From: Deltaproteobacteria bacterium
Lineage (GTDB): Bacteria > Desulfobacterota > Syntrophia > Syntrophales > UBA2185
Assembly (NCBI GenBank): GCA_026388495.1
Contig: JAPLJQ010000408.1
Location: 1,939-65,938, forward strand
Direction of reading: 5' to 3'
Length of the DNA stretch: 64,000 bases
Shown here piece after piece: positions 57,125 to 64,000 of the stretch (position 1 is the first letter of the stretch; each line of letters starts with the position of its first letter). The position numbers and the translations under genes were made by a program. Under the pieces are notes generated by a model. That model made no database searches and was not told where the DNA came from. It worked only from the letters and a program-made list of their open reading frames with translations.

Positions 57125-58343
57125 TAACCCCATCCATATTGACCGTATGGCGTAATTTCCAATCACCATTCACCCTGGCCCAGAGATGGGGCGAGCGGCC
57201 CTGATCGCAGAGTTCAATGAATCTCTCCGGCTTAATATCTAGGTAGTTTAAAATTTCTACGAAATACCGGTCGGGAAATTCTCCATCGAATTTTTTAACG
57301 AGGGCGCATCCCTCTTCTCTTGTCAAATGATTGTTCCGTATTTCCATGGAAGCATCTTCAGTCGTTCTTCCGATGCCAAATTTGATAAAGGTTGTATAGT
57401 AATGGAGGTCGTCAATTTTATCATCGATACTATTGTACTTGCTGTATGTACCCTGGGTCCGGAACGGCCTTGCCTGATACCCTGTATTTTCAACCGCGTA
57501 ATAGTAGGCCTCCTGAGGCGTCCATTTTAGATAATATCCGAGGTAATGAACATCGATGCTGTGCTTTTCCAGTTCCTCGTAACGCGGTGGCAGGAATACC
57601 ATTAAATCTACCAGATCGATATTATACTTTTCAATCAGATGTGGAATGGAGACACCGCCGAGGAAAACGTCATTCAGATCTCTTATGCTGAAAAAAGATT
57701 TATCTCTAAGGGATGTGGTATTATCAGCAATGGGGTTCCCGTATTCAGCCTCATTTTCTCCATAGAAAATTAATGGGATATCGTATTTTATAGCAATCTT
57801 TGGTGCAATGTTCTTCTGTCCCAGAATAAAGGTATGGAAAGGATGTAGAAGGTTTTCAATCGATAGTTTGGTCATAAGCTTCATAACCCTGCCATTGGGC
57901 TTAAATGAAATGTTGTCAACCCCCCCCACTTCGATCCAGTTGCGGAAGTTACTATAACCATAATCGGTATAAAGAAGAGGTGACCAAGTGACTGTCAAAG
58001 GATGCATGCCATATTTATATTTCAGTACATGTGCTGCATAAGCGCTGTCCTTTCCGCCGCTTCCCGGGACGACACAGTCATAATTTCCGTCATTTTTCCT
58101 GTGTTTATCCAACAGTCTAATCAATTCGCCTTCTCTTTTTTTCCAGTCGATCTTATCCTTAATTTCGGCAAAACGGCATGCATCACAGATACCTTCTTCA
58201 TCAATGTGCATGGTGGTTTTTTTGCTGGCTTGCGTATGCTTGAACTCGACCGTGGAAGCAGGCCTCTGGTTGGAGGTAACGCAACGACCGCAGAATACTA
58301 CTCTCTCAGGCAATCCGTATTTTGCTTCCAATTTTTCTTTCAT
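57117..58343 (-). CDS. N-acetyl sugar amidotransferase (WbuX/PseA/PtmG/WbpG class, PP-loop ATPase)
   Basis: 408 aa; N-terminal Cys4 (CGRC...CDAC); PP-loop VVPGSGGKDS; KWTPQEAYYYAVENTGY; NHLTREEG. Confidence 0.85.
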   Translation of the reverse strand: MKEKLEAKYGLPERVVFCGRCVTSNQRPASTVEFKHTQASKKTTMHIDEEGICDACRFAEIKDKIDWKKREGELIRLLDKHRKNDGNYDCVVPGSGGKDSAYAAHVLKYKYGMHPLTVTWSPLLYTDYGYSNFRNWIEVGGVDNISFKPNGRVMKLMTKLSIENLLHPFHTFILGQKNIAPKIAIKYDIPLIFYGENEAEYGNPIADNTTSLRDKSFFSIRDLNDVFLGGVSIPHLIEKYNIDLVDLMVFLPPRYEELEKHSIDVHYLGYYLKWTPQEAYYYAVENTGYQARPFRTQGTYSKYNSIDDKIDDLHYYTTFIKFGIGRTTEDASMEIRNNHLTREEGCALVKKFDGEFPDRYFVEILNYLDIKPERFIELCDQGRSPHLWARVNGDWKLRHTVNMDGVND

Positions 58344-59003
58344 CTATAGATTTTCTCCGTTTTGTTTTTTTATTGATAAAGCCCAATTTCTGTAAATATT
58401 CAAACCTTTCATCCCGCTTTTTTCAGGGTGATATTGTGCTGCAAATACATTATTTCTAAGCAGGCTCGAACAATACTCTGTGGAATGGTATTTCGTATGA
58501 GACAAGACAACCTTTATATCCGATGGTTCAACATAATATGAATGGATAAAATACATGAACTCCCCACTTTTCAAACCTCTTAATGGAGATGCCGTCCATG
58601 AATCTTCTGAAGCAGGAAAAATCTGGTTCCAGCCTATCTGGGGGACTTTAATACGAATATCGGTATGACCTTGAAATTTTTTCACTGTACCCTCAATAAC
58701 GTTTAATCCCTTGTGCCTTCCGAACTCTTCGCTTTCGCTCAAAAGAAGCTGCATGCCGAGACAGATCCCCATGAATTTTCGGCCACTGGCGATAAAATCC
58801 TTGATTGGTTCGATCAGATCAAGAATCCGTAAATTCACCATCGCTTCCCCAAAAGCGCCGACACCAGGCAGTATCATTGCACCCGCACATAGAAGTTGTT
58901 TTTTATCGGACGTAATTATCGCATTCAGGCCAACCGAACAGCAGGCATGATGAACACTAAAGAGGTTGCACATACCATAATCGACAATCGCAACTGTCTT
59001 CAT
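58344..59003 (-). CDS. HisH-like glutamine amidotransferase subunit (WbuY-like)
   Basis: MKTVAIVDYGMCNLFSV; nucleophile elbow GICLGMQLL; QYHPEKS (His/Glu of the triad). Confidence 0.9.
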   Translation of the reverse strand: MKTVAIVDYGMCNLFSVHHACCSVGLNAIITSDKKQLLCAGAMILPGVGAFGEAMVNLRILDLIEPIKDFIASGRKFMGICLGMQLLLSESEEFGRHKGLNVIEGTVKKFQGHTDIRIKVPQIGWNQIFPASEDSWTASPLRGLKSGEFMYFIHSYYVEPSDIKVVLSHTKYHSTEYCSSLLRNNVFAAQYHPEKSGMKGLNIYRNWALSIKKQNGENL

Positions 59004-59013
59004 CTGTATGTCT

Positions 59014-59874
59014 TTATTCAAAGTCATACCGGCAAGATATACCATTACTATTCAAATAGTCTTTTATTATCTTTAGATTTAAAGCATTTACGACATTATA
59101 CCTTTTCCCGCTCTTCAGAAATTCAACATTCCCCTCTTCACCGGATTCGACCTTAACAGGGTTGTGTTTAATGAAGTCGTAGTGCAGTATACTGGAAACA
59201 GCAACGGCATCGGCTTCACCCTCAAGAATTACCTGCTTCAGGTGTTCGAGATTACCGGCGCCTCCATGAGCGATCACCGGAATGGAAACCATTCTAGAGA
59301 TCGCCTGCGTCAGCTCGATATCGAATCCGAGACCGGTGCCTTCACAGTCCACGGATGTGATAACGATTTCTCCCGCACCGAGCTCTTCAACTTTTTTTGC
59401 CCATTCCGCAACATTTACACCGGTATGCTGGCGTCCATTATCAATATACGCGAGATAAGATCCATCCGGTTGCTTGATGGCCTCGATTGTGACGACGATA
59501 GTTGATGAACCGAAAACTCTCGATGCTTCTCTTATGATCTGCGGATTTTTTATAGCGGCAGTATTTAGAGAAACCTTATCTGCTCCAGCCTTCAAGACGC
59601 TCTTGATATCATCGATCGTCCTCAATCCACCTCCAACGGTAAGGGGGATGAATATTTCTCTTGCCGTAAGGGATATAATGTCATGAAGGCTATTTCTATC
59701 ATACAGACTGGCAACAACATCCATATACATTAATTCATCAGCCCCTGCTTCATAGTAATAACGAGCAAATTGTTCCGGCCTTCCCAGCACTCTAAGGCCT
59801 TCGAGATGGATACCTTTAACCAAGTTTGGCCCTTTAATGTCTAAACGAGGAATTATGCGAATATTTTGTTGCAT
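59014..59874 (-). CDS. HisF-like cyclase/synthase subunit (WbuZ-like)
   Basis: 286 aa; IIPRLDIKG, GADKVSLNTAA, VIAHGGAG; TIM-barrel HisF pattern with a C-terminal extension. Confidence 0.9.
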   Translation of the reverse strand: MQQNIRIIPRLDIKGPNLVKGIHLEGLRVLGRPEQFARYYYEAGADELMYMDVVASLYDRNSLHDIISLTAREIFIPLTVGGGLRTIDDIKSVLKAGADKVSLNTAAIKNPQIIREASRVFGSSTIVVTIEAIKQPDGSYLAYIDNGRQHTGVNVAEWAKKVEELGAGEIVITSVDCEGTGLGFDIELTQAISRMVSIPVIAHGGAGNLEHLKQVILEGEADAVAVSSILHYDFIKHNPVKVESGEEGNVEFLKSGKRYNVVNALNLKIIKDYLNSNGISCRYDFE

Positions 59875-59902
59875 ATTGGATGATTAAAAGGGAAGGGGGC
59901 CA

Positions 59903-61291
59903 TCAGGTTTGCCTGAACCCCCTGAAGCTGCTGTCTCTTTCCAAGTATAACCGCTTCATTTGCTCTTCATATGACGAAAACTTTCTTTTCAAATAGTTTT
60001 GCAGGAGAATGGAATTTGCCTCAAAAAGACACTGGTGCACATCATCATCAGTAATGTCTGTGAAATTAATCGATATCAAGTCGGAGTTGATGTGTTTTGT
60101 TTCATAGAAATCTTCACAATCTTTCAACAAACCTCTTTCGATTGCATAATAATACAGGGGTGATCCGGGATAAGGCGTAACCGGACGAATGGTGCGCAGA
60201 TGTGTCCCATCATCGTATTTCAGCAGAAAATCGACTCCTTTTTTTAAGATTTCTTTATCTTCTCCTATATTTCCGAAAATGATATTGTATCCGGGACTGA
60301 TACCGGCAGTGATCGTCTCCTCAATTCCGCGAATAATTTGTTTGGTTGTCAATGCCTTATTCATGTTCTTCAATATTCGATCATCAAGTGATTCGATACC
60401 GTAGTTAATAAAAACGCACCCGGCCTGTTTCATCAAGTGAAGTACATTTTTTCGCGCGTAATTCAGTCTTCCATTGCAATCCCATTTAATACTTATTTTA
60501 TGCCTGATAAAATCATTGCAAAGGCTGATGGTCCTTTCCTTAGAAGACATAAGGAGTTCATCGCCAAATGTGATATGGGTGATACCATAATCCAACTTTA
60601 GGAGTTTGATTTCTTCAATAATGCTATCATTGCTTCGAGGGCGGAAACCTTCATCCATCCGGTAACAGAAGTTACATCTGAACGTACAGCCTCTACCCGA
60701 AAGCATTGGCATAACAAAATCAGAATTTGTACAGTGTGGCATTCGAAAGAGTCGATAATAATTAATGGGGAATAATTCGTAAGCGGGGAGCGGGATGGTG
60801 TCTATGTCTTCGATTAATGGCCGGCGCTCATTTATTATGCACCGCTCGCCTTCTCTATAAGAAATACCTTTAACTTGATCCAGGCTACGCCTGCTTTTCA
60901 ATGCCTCCAGCAATTCAATAACCGTAACTTCTCCTTCTCCCATTACGATCGCATCTGCACCGGTCTTCTTGAGGAAATATTCTGGTTCAGGTGTTGGACC
61001 GTGGCCACCGATAAGGTAAAAGGGTCGTTCTTTTGAGTGATTGATCGCTTCAGATATCTGAAGTGCCTTATGATATTGATAGTACCCTCCTATAAAGCTT
61101 AGGCCGACAATATCAAAAAAATTTTTATCAAGATAGTTTTTTAAGTGGCTTTCGGGATAATGGTGCACATCCTGATTGTAAATCTCAACATCGTATCCTT
61201 CTTTTCGGAGAATCGCAGCGATATAAGCCAATCCCTGCGGAAACCAATGGATGTAAGAATCATTATCATAGACTATTAGCAATACCTTCAT
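59903..61291 (-). CDS. B12-binding domain radical SAM protein
   Basis: 462 aa; N-terminal FDIVGLSFIGG cobalamin-domain-like; SGRGCTFRCNFC. Confidence 0.9.
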   Translation of the reverse strand: MKVLLIVYDNDSYIHWFPQGLAYIAAILRKEGYDVEIYNQDVHHYPESHLKNYLDKNFFDIVGLSFIGGYYQYHKALQISEAINHSKERPFYLIGGHGPTPEPEYFLKKTGADAIVMGEGEVTVIELLEALKSRRSLDQVKGISYREGERCIINERRPLIEDIDTIPLPAYELFPINYYRLFRMPHCTNSDFVMPMLSGRGCTFRCNFCYRMDEGFRPRSNDSIIEEIKLLKLDYGITHITFGDELLMSSKERTISLCNDFIRHKISIKWDCNGRLNYARKNVLHLMKQAGCVFINYGIESLDDRILKNMNKALTTKQIIRGIEETITAGISPGYNIIFGNIGEDKEILKKGVDFLLKYDDGTHLRTIRPVTPYPGSPLYYYAIERGLLKDCEDFYETKHINSDLISINFTDITDDDVHQCLFEANSILLQNYLKRKFSSYEEQMKRLYLERDSSFRGFRQT

Positions 61292-61348
61292 TTTGAAACC
61301 TATTTAGGAAACGATAAATTTTCAGAAGGAGGATTCCTTACTGTTTTT

Positions 61349-61597
61349 TTACTTGAATATCTGATTAAATCGGAACCTGCATCGTATGAATTTATCGATA
61401 TTCTTTTCAGGAATGATTAGTTTCATTTCAATGATTTCATCAGAATCACAATTTGGGCAATGCTCTTCGTGGCAAAGACAAATCTCCTGACATACTGAGC
61501 AAACACGGTAGATCCCTTGTTGGGAGATCATCGGTGAACTTTTTAATATTTTTATCCTGAATTTTCTTTCTCTTTCTATCCAATCATCATAATTCAT
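61349..61597 (-). CDS. small Cys/His-rich (zinc-ribbon-like) hypothetical protein
   Basis: 82 aa; CSVCQEICLCHEEHCPNCDSDE; wedged between an amidotransferase and a B12-radical SAM gene. Confidence 0.45.
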   Translation of the reverse strand: MNYDDWIERERKFRIKILKSSPMISQQGIYRVCSVCQEICLCHEEHCPNCDSDEIIEMKLIIPEKNIDKFIRCRFRFNQIFK

Positions 61598-61621
61598 TTG
61601 AGAATTCAGAATAATGGGTAT

Positions 61622-62782
61622 TCAGGAAACCTGATATTTCAGCTTCCATTCCCCTTCCACTTTCTCCCACAGATGCTTTGACCGCCAGCTATCAATGACC
61701 TCCCAGAAATAATCCTCAGATATATCGCAATACGCCAAGAATTCCTGAAAATGCTTTATGGGAAATTCAGCGTCATATTTATGCACCAATCTTACTCCCT
61801 CTTCCCTTGTGAGGTGCCCGTCGCGAATCTCATGTGCCGTATCGGAGGTCGCTCTGCCTATGCCAAATTTTATTAAAGCCAAATAGTAATGAAAGCCATC
61901 AAGCCTATCATCAAAGGAGGCATATTTAGAGTAAGTACCCTCATTTCGGTTGGGAAGAGCTTTGAAACCCGTGTTCTCAACACAATAATAATAATTTTCC
62001 TGAGGGGTCCACTTTTCATAATAGCTGAAAAAATGAACCTCAACGCCCATAGCATCAAGTTTATCAACCGGCGGGGCCATGTATGGAACAAGTTCTCGTT
62101 TATCAATGCCATACTGGACGAGATCCTCGGGTGCAATACCCGAAAAATAATGCTTTTTATGGTCAGTTCGATAATCTCTCGTTGGCATAAATGCGTTTTT
62201 CATATCACCTCCATATTCCACTTCACCGTTTTCACCATACACGAGGAGAGGTATTTTGAAATTAGCTGCAATGGTCAGTGGAAAATTCGTCTGTCCATAA
62301 ATAAATGGTTGGAAAGGATCTCCCAGAATTTCAAAAGCAATTTTTGTTAATTTTCGGTGGGTATGTCCATTGGGCGATCCGAGAATATTATCCAATCCCC
62401 CCACATGGATTCCTGCCTGTAAATTCATCCATCCGGCATCGGTATAAAGGTGGGGTGACCAAGTAACAGTCAATGGGTTCATACCATATTTCGCCTTTAG
62501 TTTATGTGCTACTGAACCACTGTCTTTGCCTCCACTAAAAGGAACAATAACATCGAAGGATCCGTCATTTCTTTTGAATCGGTCACAAAGATCTCTCAAT
62601 TCTTTTTCCCTGAGATTCCAATCAACTTTGGAATCCTTGTACTCGGCAAATCTGCATGCTGAGCATACACCCTCTCCATCAAAAACAATTCTCGGTCGCT
62701 GATTGGAAATCGTACATTTCTTACAATATTTCACTTCGGAAGGTAAGTTATACATTTTTACCGTATCGTTAGGTTGAATCAT
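61622..62782 (-). CDS. N-acetyl sugar amidotransferase, second paralogue (WbuX/PseA class)
   Basis: 386 aa; CKKC...CSAC; PP-loop VPFSGGKDS; KWTPQENYYYCVENTGF; GHLTREEG. Confidence 0.85.
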   Translation of the reverse strand: MIQPNDTVKMYNLPSEVKYCKKCTISNQRPRIVFDGEGVCSACRFAEYKDSKVDWNLREKELRDLCDRFKRNDGSFDVIVPFSGGKDSGSVAHKLKAKYGMNPLTVTWSPHLYTDAGWMNLQAGIHVGGLDNILGSPNGHTHRKLTKIAFEILGDPFQPFIYGQTNFPLTIAANFKIPLLVYGENGEVEYGGDMKNAFMPTRDYRTDHKKHYFSGIAPEDLVQYGIDKRELVPYMAPPVDKLDAMGVEVHFFSYYEKWTPQENYYYCVENTGFKALPNRNEGTYSKYASFDDRLDGFHYYLALIKFGIGRATSDTAHEIRDGHLTREEGVRLVHKYDAEFPIKHFQEFLAYCDISEDYFWEVIDSWRSKHLWEKVEGEWKLKYQVS

Positions 62783-62862
62783 GTATGCTACTCCTTTTAA
62801 GGGTTTTACATGCTTTAATCATCAAAACTCACCTATTCTTCTTAATGCAAAAACCATCCAAC

Positions 62863-63552
62863 TTATTTGTCGGATAGCAGAATCTCACAGATTTTCATAT
62901 CCAGCTCTGTATCCAAATCCATGGATTTCTTTCTAGGCATTTCATATGTGACTGTTTCATTTGTGATAAAGGACCTGTGTCGTCGTATAAAGTCGACTTC
63001 TGCTACATAGATAGCTCCATTCAGGATATATACTTTGGGAATGTCCTGGCGACGAGAAAACTTGGTTTTAGATTTCAGAAGAGGCAAAAGATGGCCCGTT
63101 TCGTCGAGCTGGTACATCCAGTAGGGGTTTTTATCCACCTCAGTTATGGAAACACATGCAGGCGCTTGATTCCTATGACATAATTCGATACAATCGTCTA
63201 TATCGGTGATGTTTCTTAGCGGTGATGTCGGTTGCAGTAAGACAATGTAAAAGAAATTATCTTTCAGCGTATCCAAGGCATGTAATATTGGTTCGATCAT
63301 GGGCGTTTCGTCCTGTGCCAACTCGACGGGCCTTACAAAAGGAATATCGCATCCCCATTCGGATGCAATATTGATGATTTCCTCATCTTCCGATGAGAGG
63401 ATCAATCGATCTATGTATTTTGATTTTCTTGCTGCCTCGATAGACCAAGCGATGAGGGGCTTCCCAGCGAGAGGCACAATGTTTTTACGAGGGATTCCTT
63501 TTGAACCTCCACGAGCAGGAATGATAGCGAGAACAGTTTTACCTTGGATCAT
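62863..63552 (-). CDS. CMP-nonulosonate (acylneuraminate-type) cytidylyltransferase, NeuA/LegF/PseF-like
   Basis: 229 aa; AIIPARGGSKGIPRKNI hallmark; LLQPTSPLR. Confidence 0.9.
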   Translation of the reverse strand: MIQGKTVLAIIPARGGSKGIPRKNIVPLAGKPLIAWSIEAARKSKYIDRLILSSEDEEIINIASEWGCDIPFVRPVELAQDETPMIEPILHALDTLKDNFFYIVLLQPTSPLRNITDIDDCIELCHRNQAPACVSITEVDKNPYWMYQLDETGHLLPLLKSKTKFSRRQDIPKVYILNGAIYVAEVDFIRRHRSFITNETVTYEMPRKKSMDLDTELDMKICEILLSDK

Positions 63553-64000
63553 CTAAGAAAACCTTCGGATATTCGCCATTAGCCTTTTCCAGATCATCGA
63601 GCCTACCAATATCAATCCAATACTCGCGGACAGGAAAAGCCACTGTTTCATATTCAAGCTCAATAAGCTTCTCGAATAATGATGTCATATTAAACGTAAT
63701 GTTTTTGGGGATAAATTGAAGGACATCCGGCTCCAGCACATATATGCCTGCATTGACGTAGAAACGATGTTCAGGTTTTTCATTAATACTTGTTAATCTG
63801 TGTTGATCTGTTTTAACGACACCGAAAGGAACCTTGAAGAAATAATCCTGAATGCACATCGTTGCCTTGGCCTTTTGGGATGTATGAAAATCAAGCAGAT
63901 GTTGCATACTGATTTTTGTGAGGACATCTCCATTTATGACAATAAGTGGATGATTTGGGCTCTCGGGAAGAAGGCTTAATGAGCCTGCAGTGCCCATGAA
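63539..64000 (-). CDS. sugar-phosphate nucleotidyltransferase (PtmE-like C-terminal domain), N-terminus outside the window
   Basis: Reading frame open to the window edge; GTAGSL, VINGDVL, INEKPE, YWIDIGRLDDLEKAN typical of the NTP_transferase fold. Confidence 0.8.
   Translation of the reverse strand, partial: FMGTAGSLSLLPESPNHPLIVINGDVLTKISMQHLLDFHTSQKAKATMCIQDYFFKVPFGVVKTDQHRLTSINEKPEHRFYVNAGIYVLEPDVLQFIPKNITFNMTSLFEKLIELEYETVAFPVREYWIDIGRLDDLEKANGEYPKVFLDDPR

Noticed and set aside
26599-64000. Claiming a complete legionaminic or pseudaminic acid pathway in the window
   Set aside because: No NeuB/LegI/PseI-type synthase, DegT-type aminotransferase or PseH/LegH-type acetyltransferase is recognisable within the window. 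Only the activation and amidino-modification genes are present, so the sugar identity stays open.

Overview
All calls below come from reading the ORF translations and the DNA by eye. No searches were run, and start codons and family assignments are best estimates.

This 64-kb window is dominated by one very large, co-directional (minus-strand) cell-surface glycan biosynthesis locus.

**Positions 1-5.3 kb: GC-rich housekeeping**
- A class I/II aminotransferase, acylphosphatase, NAD-dependent DNA ligase LigA, a small hypothetical protein and a DsbC-like thiol:disulfide isomerase.

**Positions 5.4 kb to the window end: about 55 minus-strand genes**
1. An ABC-transporter-type polysaccharide module (5.4-21.4 kb).
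   - wzm/wzt, with a Wzt C-terminal glycan-binding-type domain.
   - Two methyltransferases, one with a coiled-coil tail.
   - A fused GT2-GT4, and a GT2 whose coiled-coil tail is encoded by 21-bp tandem repeats.
   - An acyltransferase-3 and a carbamoyltransferase + DUF5989 + SxtJ-like triad.
2. A junction zone (21.4-26.3 kb).
   - Two type II toxin-antitoxin cassettes: Phd/VapC, and an HTH antitoxin with a RelE/ParE-like toxin carrying an in-frame TAG.
   - A DUF1566 protein, an ElyC/DUF218 protein, a B12-radical SAM enzyme and several repeat elements.
3. A largely AT-rich Wzx-type region (26.3-64 kb).
   - CapE/FnlA-type 6-deoxy-L-HexNAc genes and several GT2/GT4/CgeB-like transferases.
   - Three CMP-type cytidylyltransferases, one fused to a 2-hydroxyacid dehydrogenase.
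   - Two more B12-radical SAM enzymes, one SPASM radical SAM and at least 8 SAM methyltransferases.
   - Two WbuX/PseA-type N-acetyl-sugar amidotransferases with HisH/HisF-like partners.
   - A NeuA-like CMP-nonulosonate synthetase and a PtmE-like nucleotidyltransferase cut by the window edge.

I recognised no rRNA, tRNA, CRISPR array, transposase or integrase.

The most interesting candidate for an undescribed system is a radical-SAM/methyltransferase cassette at 46.6-54.3 kb. It is bracketed by an ArnC/GtrB-like GT2 and a GT-C-like membrane protein.
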